DNA of 64,000 bases from Candidatus Omnitrophota bacterium (GTDB lineage Bacteria > Omnitrophota > Gorgyraeia > Zapsychrales > Fredricksoniimonadaceae). Where the stretch lies: assembly GCA_903908245.1 (NCBI GenBank), contig CAIVRE010000006.1:21951-85950 (forward strand), written 5' to 3'. Every line of letters begins with the position of its first letter. Position 1 is the first letter of the stretch. Both the position numbers and the translations under genes were made by a program. The notes below the pieces were generated by a model that made no database searches, was not told where the DNA came from, and was given only the letters and a program-made list of their open reading frames with translations. This document shows, piece after piece, positions 10,505 through 22,258 of the stretch.

Positions 10505-11301
10505 GCGTTGAATAAAAAGTAAAAGATGAATGTAAAGACACAATCGAACATAATGATAAAAATGAACGACCGCACCACCGAAAGCGTGGTGGCCTGGCCG
10601 ACCCCGTCGGCACCTCCCCGCACATTAAGCCCCTCGAAACACCCCACAATAGCGATGATCATCCCGAAGAAAAAAGGCTTCAAAAGCCCGGTAATGATAT
10701 CCTTGAGCGCCAGCGAATCAAAGACCATGCTCCAATAGGTGTGCGGATTGATCGAAAGTTTAAACGCGCAGATCAGGAACCCCCCGCAAATGCCGACCAG
10801 GACCGCGAACAGGGTCAAAATGGGCAGCATCAGGGCCAGGGCCAGAAAACGCGGAACGACCAGATAACGCACAGGGTCGACCGCGAAAGCCCGAAGCGCG
10901 TCCACCTGCTCGGTGACGATCATCGCTCCTATTTCCGCCGTGATCCCCGCACCGACACGTCCGGCCACAATCAGCGCGGTCAGCACCGGCCCCATCTCGC
11001 GCATTAACGATACCGCGATAACGTTCGGGATATAGATCTCGGCCGAAAGCCGCACCATCATATATGCCATCTGCAACGCGATGATCATCCCGATGAAAAA
11101 AGCCACCAGAGAGGAGATCAGGAAACTCCCCGGGCCAACGCGCCTGGCCTGGGACAAAAAACGATACATATTCAAGGGTGTCGAAAGGATACACCAGATC
11201 GTCTGTCCGAAAAGAAGGGTCAGCCTCCCGGTATAAGAAAAGAAATCGAACGCCACGCCGATAACGCGGTTGCCAAAAACGGTTAACATTTTCTGGACCA
11301 T
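10501..11301 (-). CDS. mlaE: ABC transporter permease MlaE
   Basis: Polytopic MlaE/Ttg2B-family permease. 266 aa. Confidence 0.85.
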   Translation of the reverse strand: MVQKMLTVFGNRVIGVAFDFFSYTGRLTLLFGQTIWCILSTPLNMYRFLSQARRVGPGSFLISSLVAFFIGMIIALQMAYMMVRLSAEIYIPNVIAVSLMREMGPVLTALIVAGRVGAGITAEIGAMIVTEQVDALRAFAVDPVRYLVVPRFLALALMLPILTLFAVLVGICGGFLICAFKLSINPHTYWSMVFDSLALKDIITGLLKPFFFGMIIAIVGCFEGLNVRGGADGVGQATTLSVVRSFIFIIMFDCVFTFIFYFLFNA

Positions 11302-11302
11302 A

Positions 11303-12318
11303 TCAAAACCCTATACTTTTCTGTATGCCAACGACCGCCTCGGTGTCCCCCCGGTCATTCTTGGTAAAGAAATATTTCATTTCCGTACGCGTCGCATCCG
11401 GTGATTGCATCCGCTTGAAAACCCATTCCCTGCGGTTATCATCCGCCGTTACCATCGGAAATTTCTTCAGGGCCGCGACCTGTACGGGAAGCCCCGCCCA
11501 GTCGCTCACATCCAGCCCGCCCGCCAGGCGAAAACTTAAGCCCTCGGCCTGCGTGATCAGCGCCTCCTTGATATTGAGCAAAGGATACTGCCCGTCAAAA
11601 TCCAGGCTGATCGTATCATAGTCAAACGCCTTGACCCGGCCGTTATACGCGGCCAGCCGGCCCTGAACATGCGGCCGCGGCCATTTGCCGCTGACATTGA
11701 ACGCACCTTTCATCACCCCGGTGAACATCAACGGATCCGCACTATGAGCCCCGCACACCGCCCGGATGATCGCCGATACCTCCTCGATATCCGCCGAAAC
11801 CACTTCAATGTTCAATTTCATCTGATGCTGCCCCGTCAGCTGAAATTCACCGCCGGCCGAAACACCGCCCGCCCATAACGACTCAATAATGAACTTCCGG
11901 TCACGCACCGCGAACCGGATGCTCGCATCATGCAACGGCGCGTAATTCAAAAGCATATAGGAACTGTTGAATTCCCCGGTAAATTCCCGGGTGCGCGGAT
12001 TATCCCCCTTAACCCTGACATCCCCTTCAAAGACCGCCGCCACATCAAAGTTCGGAAGAGGGACATGGGACACATCCACCTTTAAATGATACATCCCCCG
12101 GCCGGTCATCACGGCATTAAAAGCCAGGCTCCTTTTCCCTTCCGGATGGCCCACCTTGACCTCGGCCCGATCCTGCTTCAGATCAATGAATCCGGAAAAA
12201 GGGATCACGATCTGCGATGCCGGAGCCACGGCCGGAGCGCCCGCGAGAGCCGAAGGACTTGCGCAGGCGGGAGCCATAACACCCCCCCATACCGCTATTA
12301 TAAAGAATGCCCGTCGTA

Positions 12319-12322
<4 letters not shown>
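11303..12322 (-). CDS. Hypothetical secreted protein (signal peptide), first gene of the mla operon region
   Basis: Signal peptide MIRRAFFIIAVWGGVMAPACA. 339 aa with no recognisable catalytic motif. 2-nt spacing to mlaE. Confidence 0.55.
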
Positions 12323-14766
<2,444 letters not shown>

Positions 14767-14800
14767 AGATCCCCCTCAATGATTTTTTACGAAAAATATC

Positions 14801-15856
14801 TCAAGCCGCCTTGCGGACCTTCTCACGGATCAGCTGAGCCCGACGGATATCGCGCTCCGCTGAATTGAGCTTGCGTCCTTCGATCTTCTGCAAATGCGCC
14901 GGCTGGATCATAATAAAAAGATCGTTCATCGCCTTGCTGTCGATCTCCTGCAATATCCCCATATCCAGGCCAAGGCGCACCATGGACATCAGCTCAATGG
15001 TCTCCTGGCTGGAAATGATCCTGGAATGTTTCAGGATCCCCCACGCACGGCAGATCTTGTCCTCCAGCATCAGGCGGTTCTGCACCAGCAGCGCCTGACG
15101 CGCCTGCTCTTCCTGTTCCACGATCTGACGGATAAGCCCGTTGATATTCGAAATAATATCCTGTTCGCTGTGCCCCAACGAGACCTGGTTGGATATCTGA
15201 TAAAAATTCCCGATCGCCTGGGTCCCCTCGCCGTAAAACCCGCGCGAAGCAAAGCTCAATTTGGATATCGCCATAAGCACTTTGTTGATCTGGCGCGTCA
15301 TGACAAGGGCGGGAAGATGCAGCATCACCGACCCGCGCATGGCCGTTCCCGTATTCGTCGGACAGGCGGTCAGATACCCCCATTCGGGCAAATACGCATA
15401 ATCCAGCTTTGCGCTGAGCGCATTATCGACGTTGTTGATGATCTCCCAGGTCCCGTCCAGGTTATGGCCGGACTGCATGACCTGGATCCGCAAATGATCC
15501 TCTTCGTTCACCATGACCGACAACGCCTCTTCCTGCGACACCACGACCGCCTTCCCCTGGGGGTTCGACGCGTGGTCGTGGCTCATCAAATGACGTTCCA
15601 CCAGAAATTGCCGGTCCACATTGTCCAGATCACTGAGACGAAAAAAACGGGAATCCTTGAACAAAGGAATGGTATTAACGGACGCCTCGACCGCCGCGAG
15701 GACCGTATCAAGGTCTTTGCGCTGGGCACGGTTCGTAAAAAGGACATCCCTCAAATTACGCGCGAGCCGGATACGCGACGAAAGGACAATATGGGCCTGA
15801 GGCCCTGTCCCCCGGAGCCATTCACCGGTATGATTGATAAGATCATTGAGTTCCAT
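14801..15856 (-). CDS. mcsB: Protein arginine kinase McsB
   Basis: ATP:guanido phosphotransferase signature CPTNTGT. N-terminus VLSSRIRLARNL matches McsB. Confidence 0.9.
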   Translation of the reverse strand: MELNDLINHTGEWLRGTGPQAHIVLSSRIRLARNLRDVLFTNRAQRKDLDTVLAAVEASVNTIPLFKDSRFFRLSDLDNVDRQFLVERHLMSHDHASNPQGKAVVVSQEEALSVMVNEEDHLRIQVMQSGHNLDGTWEIINNVDNALSAKLDYAYLPEWGYLTACPTNTGTAMRGSVMLHLPALVMTRQINKVLMAISKLSFASRGFYGEGTQAIGNFYQISNQVSLGHSEQDIISNINGLIRQIVEQEEQARQALLVQNRLMLEDKICRAWGILKHSRIISSQETIELMSMVRLGLDMGILQEIDSKAMNDLFIMIQPAHLQKIEGRKLNSAERDIRRAQLIREKVRKAA

Positions 15857-16396
15857 TCAGCCTTTCTGTTCCAGTTCGCGGATCTTGTCACGAAAAGATG
15901 CCGCCAGTTCAAAATCTTCCTGCTCGATCGCCTGGTGCATCTTGACACGCAAGGTTTCGACCGTATCAACGGCCGAAGCCTCTTCCCGAGGAGCCACTGC
16001 CACGCCATTGGCCGAAGACGGCGCCACCGCCTCCGCACTGCCGGTGGCCAGTTTCTTCCCCAAATGGACATTCGAACCATGGATCTTCTTTAACAACGCT
16101 TTCAAATGAACTGTAAACGCAACATAACATTTTGCGCAACCGAATCGCCCGAACTTCCGGAAATCCTCGTAAGACAACCCGCACGCCGGGCACAAAAGCG
16201 CTTCTTTCTGAACTTCAGGGATATGCTTGCCGAAATCCGTCAGGCCTGCCAGCAGGTCGGCCAGCCCGAACTGCTGCTCCATATGCTGGCTCTGATCACG
16301 CGCGCAATCCTCGCACAAATGCATTTCGGCAGCCTTCCCGTCGACGATCTCGGTCAGATGAACAGTGGCTTTCTTTGAGCATTTATCGCATTTCAT
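15857..16396 (-). CDS. mcsA: McsA, activator of McsB (zinc-finger/UVR-domain protein)
   Basis: Two CxxC pairs at the N-terminus, a second pair mid-protein and a C-terminal UVR motif (ELAASFRDKIRELE). Confidence 0.85.
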   Translation of the reverse strand: MKCDKCSKKATVHLTEIVDGKAAEMHLCEDCARDQSQHMEQQFGLADLLAGLTDFGKHIPEVQKEALLCPACGLSYEDFRKFGRFGCAKCYVAFTVHLKALLKKIHGSNVHLGKKLATGSAEAVAPSSANGVAVAPREEASAVDTVETLRVKMHQAIEQEDFELAASFRDKIRELEQKG

Positions 16397-17262
16397 GAGA
16401 ACTTCACCCCATCCTGACGCGTAACTTCGTGAAAAAGTTTAAGCAGTTCAAGTGTCAGAGGCCCCGGTTTGCCATTACCGATCGGCCGGCCATCGATCTT
16501 GACCACAGGAATAAGCTCGGCAGCGGTACCGGTCAAAAAAACCTCATCGGCATTATAAAACTCATGCCGGGTGATCAGTGTTTCCTGCACATCCAGCTTC
16601 AGCTTCTTTACCGCCAGCACCATCACCGCATCGCGCGTGATCCCGCGCAACCGCCCCTGCTGCGGCGTTTTAAGAATGCCCCCCTTGATCATAAAAATAT
16701 TATCGCCCGTGCACTCAGCCACATAACCGCTGCCGTCAAGCATGATCGCTTCCGGCACGCCGGCGTTATTCGCCTCGATCTTGGCCAGGATATTATTAAG
16801 ATAATTCAATGACTTCAGCTGAGGATTGATCGCCTCAGGATGATTGCGCATCGTCGGGACCGTCACAATGGTCAGCCCGTTCTTGTACATTTCGTCCGGA
16901 TACAAAGTGATCTTGTCGGCGATAATAATGATATTGGGGCTGCCCTTGCATTTACGCGGGTCCAGGCCAAGGTCTCCATCCCCGCGGGTGATCACCAGGC
17001 GAATATATCCGTCACGCAAATTATTGGCCTGCAATGTTTTTACCACCGCATCGATCATCTGCTCTTTCGTAAGCCCCACATTGATCATCATGGTATGACA
17101 AGTCTCGTACAGACGGTCAATATGTTCCTGAAGCTTAAAAACCACCCCGCTGTAAGCACGGATCCCTTCAAAAGCCCCGTCCCCGTACAAAAGGCCATGA
17201 TCGAACACCGACACACGAGCATCCTCTTTTTCAACCCATTTTCCATTAAGATAAATTTTCAT
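16393..17262 (-). CDS. ilvE: Branched-chain amino acid aminotransferase (class IV PLP enzyme)
   Basis: 289 aa class IV aminotransferase fold (YGDGAFEGIRAY ... ITRGDG ... EVFLTGTAAE). GGAG Shine-Dalgarno before the ATG. 4-nt overlap with mcsA. Confidence 0.8.
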   Translation of the reverse strand: MKIYLNGKWVEKEDARVSVFDHGLLYGDGAFEGIRAYSGVVFKLQEHIDRLYETCHTMMINVGLTKEQMIDAVVKTLQANNLRDGYIRLVITRGDGDLGLDPRKCKGSPNIIIIADKITLYPDEMYKNGLTIVTVPTMRNHPEAINPQLKSLNYLNNILAKIEANNAGVPEAIMLDGSGYVAECTGDNIFMIKGGILKTPQQGRLRGITRDAVMVLAVKKLKLDVQETLITRHEFYNADEVFLTGTAAELIPVVKIDGRPIGNGKPGPLTLELLKLFHEVTRQDGVKFS

Positions 17263-17515
17263 ATCAATATCTCCATTAAGTTTAGAATATTATACTTAAA
17301 TAAGTATTTATTGCTATTGGATTTAGAGAGGATTTGTCGCAACCATTCGAAGACAGTTGCATAATAAAGATATTTTATACTCTTGTTACGCTTTGTTCGC
17401 TCGCGGGTCCTGCCGCCTTCGGCGTCACCCGCTCGCTCACACGCGTTTTCTAAGGACAAATAGAAACATATTATGTATTTAAGCGGCTTTGCCGCACCCA
17501 TGCTATCAAGCCGCA

Positions 17516-17709
17516 ATTCACGGAATAATCTGTCTGTGAGCAATCAGATGATTTTTGGCAAAAGTCTCCGAAGATTTACGTAAAAACGTAATCATGACCG
17601 GCTCGCTTGTGCTCTCTTTGATGCGAGAGCGGTTTATGTGTTTTACGTTTTTATGTAAATCGAAGGAGACGGCAAAAATCATCGCGAACAGACAGGTTAT
17701 TCCGTGAAT
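17516..17709. repeat. AT-rich 194-bp element bounded by 22-bp terminal inverted repeats (MITE-like or structured RNA)
   Basis: Left repeat ATTCACGGAATAATCTGTCTGT (17516-17537) pairs with right repeat ACAGACAGGTTATTCCGTGAAT (17688-17709) with 1 mismatch. Nested internal palindromes include TTACGTAAAAACGTAA and GCTCTC..GAGAGC. GC content drops sharply against ~58% GC surroundings. Confidence 0.5.
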
Positions 17710-17784
17710 AACAAGGCGGCATATTATGGCAGGCAAAGCGACTTTGAAGAAATCGTCTGCCCACACAAATATACTTCAAAGGAT

Positions 17785-18459
17785 TCAGACACCCAAAACA
17801 CCGTCTTTAATGCGGACGGTGCGGGCGACGCGGCGGGCAAGGAACTCGTCATGCGTAACAATGATCAAGGTGCGGTTTTCGCGGGCATTAAGAGAAAATA
17901 AACAATCGATCACGGCATTGCCCGAAGCGGAGTCCAAGTTACCGGTAGGCTCATCGCACAAAAGCAGCGCAGGATCATTGATCAGGGCGCGCGCCACGGC
18001 GACCCGCTGCTGTTCCCCGCCGGATAACTGATTCGGCTTATGGTCCAGACGCCCCCCCAGTCCGACTTCCTCAAGGCGCTTCACCGCTTTTGCCTCGATC
18101 GCGCGCGTCCTGGAACCGAGATCCCCTCCCACCATCAGCGGGAGCATCACATTTTCCAGTGCCGTAAGGTCCCCAAGCAAGTGATAGAACTGAAAAACAA
18201 AACCAATGGTCGAATTGCGCAGCCGGGAACGGTCACTGTCCGACAACCGGTACAGGTCTTTTCCATTAAGCGCTACCGTTCCCCCGTCAGGACGGTCCAG
18301 CCCGCCCATGATATGGAGCAGCGTCGACTTGCCTGCGCCGGAAGGCCCGACAACAGCCAGGGTCTCACCCGCGCTCACCGCAAGGCTCACATCTTTAAGC
18401 ACGTCCACGCGTTTTTGCGTATCGGTATACGACCTCGTGACATTCTTTATGTCCAGCAT
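17785..18459 (-). CDS. lolD: Lipoprotein-releasing system ATP-binding protein LolD
   Basis: Walker A GPSGAGKST, LSGGEQQR and Walker B LLCDEPT. 224 aa. Confidence 0.9.
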   Translation of the reverse strand: MLDIKNVTRSYTDTQKRVDVLKDVSLAVSAGETLAVVGPSGAGKSTLLHIMGGLDRPDGGTVALNGKDLYRLSDSDRSRLRNSTIGFVFQFYHLLGDLTALENVMLPLMVGGDLGSRTRAIEAKAVKRLEEVGLGGRLDHKPNQLSGGEQQRVAVARALINDPALLLCDEPTGNLDSASGNAVIDCLFSLNARENRTLIIVTHDEFLARRVARTVRIKDGVLGV

Positions 18460-19661
18460 TATTGGTACCTCAACGCTTCCACCGGCTCAAGGCTGGCAGC
18501 CTTTGCCGATGGATAGATCGTCGCCAGGAAACTGATAAGCATCGCGCTGCCGGTGATCAAAAGCACATCGTTGAGCTGGATCAGGACCGGAAGATGATCG
18601 ATATAATAAACCGTTTGAGGAAGCTTGATCAGCTCGGTCTCTCTTAAAACATAAGCGATCCCAAGCCCTCCGAGCAAACCCCAGAAAGTCCCGATAAATC
18701 CCAACGCCAGGCCATAAAGCGTGAATACCCGCCTGATCGCGGACGCCGGGACCCCGATGGAACGAAGGATGCCGATATCTTTCGTCTTGCTGGTGACCGT
18801 TACGATCAGCGTGCTGATAATATTGAACGACGCCACCAGAACGATCAATATAAGGATAATGAACATGGCGAACTTCTCGAGGTTCAGTGCCTCGAAGAAA
18901 TTCGCGTTCTGTTCGATCCAGGTGCGCACTTCATACGCGAACCCGACCTGAGCGCGGATAGCCTCTTTGACCTCGCCGGCCTTATCAATATTGTCCAGCT
19001 TTACACCGATGCCGGAGACGATATCCAGCGGCAAATTAAAGACCTCCTGCGCATTCTGATAATCCACCAGGATCAGGTTGCGGTCATAATCATACATGCC
19101 GGAATTAAAAATAGCCGCGACCTTGAACTTGTAACGCCAGCCGTCCCCTGCCACCCCCGATACAGGCGACAGCAAAGAGATCTCGTCACCCACTTTATAG
19201 CCGTAATAACGCGCCAGCTCTTTGCCGATGATGACCTTGTCCTGCTCCAGATCCTTGACCTTGAACCCTTTTTGAAGATACTTGTCGATCTTGGTGACAT
19301 TCCCTTCATTCTTCGGATCAATACCGCGCAATATCAGCCCCGACGCACGGTTACCGCTCTCCAAAAAAACATTCCCCAGGACATAAGGCGAAGCGCCCGC
19401 CACGCCCTTGATCCGCGCCACCTTGTTACGCAAGGCCTCAAAACCCTTCACGCCATTCTCGCGTTCAATGACAATATGAGCGTTAGTCCCAACGATCTTG
19501 TCGCGCAGGTCCCGGTCGAACCCGGTCATCACGCCAATGACCACAATAAGCGCGGCCACCCCGATGGCAATGCCCAGGATCGATACCCAGTTGATCAACG
19601 CCAGGAATTTATCCTTCTTCGCGATCAAATACCGGTAGGCGATCCAGGGAACGTAGTTCAT
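18459..19661 (-). CDS. lolC: Lipoprotein-releasing system permease LolC/LolE (FtsX family)
   Basis: 400 aa with 4 TM helices, a large periplasmic loop and the MacB/FtsX permease architecture. Confidence 0.85.
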   Translation of the reverse strand: MNYVPWIAYRYLIAKKDKFLALINWVSILGIAIGVAALIVVIGVMTGFDRDLRDKIVGTNAHIVIERENGVKGFEALRNKVARIKGVAGASPYVLGNVFLESGNRASGLILRGIDPKNEGNVTKIDKYLQKGFKVKDLEQDKVIIGKELARYYGYKVGDEISLLSPVSGVAGDGWRYKFKVAAIFNSGMYDYDRNLILVDYQNAQEVFNLPLDIVSGIGVKLDNIDKAGEVKEAIRAQVGFAYEVRTWIEQNANFFEALNLEKFAMFIILILIVLVASFNIISTLIVTVTSKTKDIGILRSIGVPASAIRRVFTLYGLALGFIGTFWGLLGGLGIAYVLRETELIKLPQTVYYIDHLPVLIQLNDVLLITGSAMLISFLATIYPSAKAASLEPVEALRYQ

Positions 19662-21104
19662 TTATTCCTGAGGTTTCATTAAGGGAAAGAGAATAACATC
19701 CCGGATACTCAACGAATTGGTCAGCAGCATCACCAGGCGGTCAATACCGATCCCCAAACCACCGGCCGGGGGCATGCCATATTCCAAGGCCCGCACAAAA
19801 TCCTCATCGATATTGCGCAACCCGGTCTCGGTGTCATCCTGCAGGTCCTCCAACAACCGCGCGCGCTGTTCCTGCGGGTCATTGAGCTCCGAATAAGCGT
19901 TGCCCACTTCCATTCCGGCGATAAAGAACTCGAACCTTTTGGAAAGAGCAGGATTCGCCGGATCGGTCTTGGCCAGCGGACACAGGAACGTAAAATAATC
20001 CGTGAAGAACACCGGATCCATGGTGGCATCCTCGTCCAGGACTTCCTCGACGATCTTCATGATGTTCGACTTGGTGAGCTTGTCCATCTTGTAATTCCCG
20101 GGACGCTTCGCCTTGACCTTGGACAGCATCACTTCCGCCGAATCCGTTGGATCGATATCGAACTTGTCCTTGATAAGCCCGGCAAAAGAAACACGCTTCC
20201 AGGGCGTCGTAAAATCGATCGTATGCTCCCCGAATTTCACTTTATAGTCCCCCGTGATATCCTTGGCCAGGGAACTGATGAGCGTTTCGGTGATATCCAT
20301 CATATCCTGCATATCGCCATAGGCCTGATACAGCTCGAGCATGGTGAATTCAGGATTATGACGGGTCGACACGCCTTCATTGCGGAAATTCCGGTTGATC
20401 TCATAAACCCTGTCTAGCCCGCCAACGAGCAAACGCTTGAGATACAGCTCGGGCGCGATGCGCAAGAACACATCCATATTATAGGCATTATGCTTCGACT
20501 GGAACGGACGGCCGCGCGCACCGCCGGCCTGTGTCTGAAGCATGGGAGTCTCGACTTCCAGAAAACGGCGGGTATCAAGAAAATTGCGGATATAAGAAAC
20601 GATCTTGCTGCGCTTGATGAATACGTCCCGCACTTCGGGATTTGCGATCATATCCACATAACGCTGACGATAACGGATATCCACATCCTTGAGGCCATGC
20701 CACTTTTCCGGCAAACACATGAGCGACTTTGACAGCACCGCGAATTTCTCGACACGCAAACTCTGCTGGCCGGTGCGGGTAATAAAAAGCTTGCCTTCGG
20801 CACTGATAATATCACCGATATCAAGCAACTTGAAGACATCCCACTGGTCCGCCAGCACGGCCTCCTTGAAGAACAGCTGCAAACGGCCCGTCTGGTCCAT
20901 CAGGTCGCAAAAGCAAACCTTGCCCTGGTCGCGCTTCGACATGATGCGCCCGGCCGTGAACGCCGGCTTTTCTTCGGCGAAACATTTCAGCACATCAACG
21001 ACCGGCTCCAATCCCTGCACCCGCCCGCCGTAAGGGTTCAAGCCCTTTTCGCGAAGCGCATTTAACTTCTGGATACGGAACTGCTTTATTTCGTCGATCT
21101 CCAC
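19662..21104 (-). CDS. lysS: Lysyl-tRNA synthetase (class II)
   Basis: N-terminal OB-fold anticodon-binding domain and class II motifs. GTG start with a GAGGT Shine-Dalgarno. Confidence 0.95.
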   Translation of the reverse strand: MEIDEIKQFRIQKLNALREKGLNPYGGRVQGLEPVVDVLKCFAEEKPAFTAGRIMSKRDQGKVCFCDLMDQTGRLQLFFKEAVLADQWDVFKLLDIGDIISAEGKLFITRTGQQSLRVEKFAVLSKSLMCLPEKWHGLKDVDIRYRQRYVDMIANPEVRDVFIKRSKIVSYIRNFLDTRRFLEVETPMLQTQAGGARGRPFQSKHNAYNMDVFLRIAPELYLKRLLVGGLDRVYEINRNFRNEGVSTRHNPEFTMLELYQAYGDMQDMMDITETLISSLAKDITGDYKVKFGEHTIDFTTPWKRVSFAGLIKDKFDIDPTDSAEVMLSKVKAKRPGNYKMDKLTKSNIMKIVEEVLDEDATMDPVFFTDYFTFLCPLAKTDPANPALSKRFEFFIAGMEVGNAYSELNDPQEQRARLLEDLQDDTETGLRNIDEDFVRALEYGMPPAGGLGIGIDRLVMLLTNSLSIRDVILFPLMKPQE

Positions 21105-21126
21105 AGGAATACCTCATTGATTGTAA

Positions 21127-21153
21127 TTGAAAAGATCTGTCCCGCATGGATTC
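21127..21153. repeat. Direct-repeat copy of the tRNA-Gln 3' end plus 3' flank (att-like duplication)
   Basis: TGAAAAGATCTGTCCCGCATGGATTCG matches 21267-21293 (TGAAAAAATCTGTCCCGCATGGATTCG) at 26/27. The latter is the T-arm/acceptor 3' half of tRNA-Gln plus 10 nt beyond it. Confidence 0.7.
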
Positions 21154-21276
21154 GGCGCCCTCCAGTCGCCCTTCGGGCTCCTTTCGGGTCGGCCATCCGC
21201 CCCGCCTTTAGTTTGCTCCTGTTCGTCGCAAACAGCGGGGCTCCTTCGAATCCACCATTTACTTAACTGAAAAAAT

Positions 21277-21347
21277 CTGTCCCGCATGGATTCGAACCAT
21301 GGCTCACGCCTCCAAAGGGCGGTGTGCTACCATTACACCACAGGACA
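21277..21347 (-). tRNA. tRNA-Gln (anticodon UUG)
   Basis: 71-nt cloverleaf on the minus strand with a 7-bp acceptor stem (one G-U), T-loop GGTTCGAATCC and anticodon loop CUUUGGA. No encoded CCA. Confidence 0.8.
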
Positions 21348-21355
21348 ATGATCAT

Positions 21356-22258
21356 TTACGCCGTACGCACCACAAAAACCTGCCTGTACTTCCGGCGAAA
21401 GACTTCAGCGATATTTTCAGCCTCGGCCCGCGTGCGCGTCAACGCAAAAATGGACGGCCCGCTGCCGGAAAAACATACCCCGGCGCCTGCCAGCTGCTGC
21501 ACCCGCGCCTTTAACTTCAACAAACCCGGGCGAAGGGCCCCGATAGGGCCCTGAAGATCATTGAACACCAACCTCTGCGCACCCGCGGCATCATTCGATC
21601 CCAACGAACGGATGAGCATCGTAACATCGGCTGATTTCTTTGTCAAACCGGCAACATCTCCGGCGAGAAACCGCTGCGCGTAAACACCATAAACATCTTT
21701 GGTCAAGAGCGGCTGTTCTGCCGTTATAAGAACATGCCAGAATCGATGCCTGACCGGCAGCTTCCTGATCCTGTCGCCACGAAGGGTCCCTTGCGCAAAC
21801 GGCACATCATATAAGAAGAATGCCACATCACTCCCGATCTTCTTCGCCAGCCGGATCAATGCTGCCCGCGACAACTTCAACTTCCACAATCGGTTTAAGC
21901 CCAGCAATGCCGTGGCCGCGTTACTCGACCCGCCCGCCAAGCCCGCTGCCACAGGGATATTCTTTTCAATATGGACCCGCACGCCTTTGCAGGTCTTCGT
22001 TGCTTCACGAAGAACAAGCGCGGCTTTATACACCAGGTTACGCCCGTCCACAGGAACACCCGGATGACTGCACGAAATATGAATACCATCATCGCCGGAA
22101 ACTGAAAAAGCCAGGGTATCTTCCAGGTCGATGCGTTCAAAAACAGTGTTTAACGTATGAAACCCGTCCGGCCGCCGCCCGGTGATCTGCAGGGCAAGGT
22201 TCAATTTTGCCGGCGATACCAGAATGAACGGCTTATTTGACTTTCTTGCTTTGGGCAT
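21356..22258 (-). CDS. ispE: 4-diphosphocytidyl-2-C-methyl-D-erythritol kinase
   Basis: GHMP kinase motifs (PAKLNLAL; PVAAGLAGGSSNAA). Start set to the internal ATG (MPKARK); listed ORF extends to 22375. Confidence 0.85.
   Translation of the reverse strand: MPKARKSNKPFILVSPAKLNLALQITGRRPDGFHTLNTVFERIDLEDTLAFSVSGDDGIHISCSHPGVPVDGRNLVYKAALVLREATKTCKGVRVHIEKNIPVAAGLAGGSSNAATALLGLNRLWKLKLSRAALIRLAKKIGSDVAFFLYDVPFAQGTLRGDRIRKLPVRHRFWHVLITAEQPLLTKDVYGVYAQRFLAGDVAGLTKKSADVTMLIRSLGSNDAAGAQRLVFNDLQGPIGALRPGLLKLKARVQQLAGAGVCFSGSGPSIFALTRTRAEAENIAEVFRRKYRQVFVVRTA

Noticed and set aside
14894-16093. 399-aa plus-strand ORF
   Set aside because: Antisense to mcsB/mcsA.
17518-17766. 82-aa minus-strand ORF with a hydrophobic segment immediately after lolD
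   Set aside because: It spans the AT-rich inverted-repeat element, its composition is unlike coding DNA here, and no Shine-Dalgarno was seen. It was kept only as a remark under the repeat-element finding.
21153-21267. The 110-nt GC-rich spacer between the tRNA-Gln repeats, considered as a second tRNA, tmRNA or T-box leader
   Set aside because: No acceptor-stem pairing, no tmRNA tag reading frame or T-box consensus, and the length is wrong. It is interpreted instead as an attachment-site scar carrying a hairpin.
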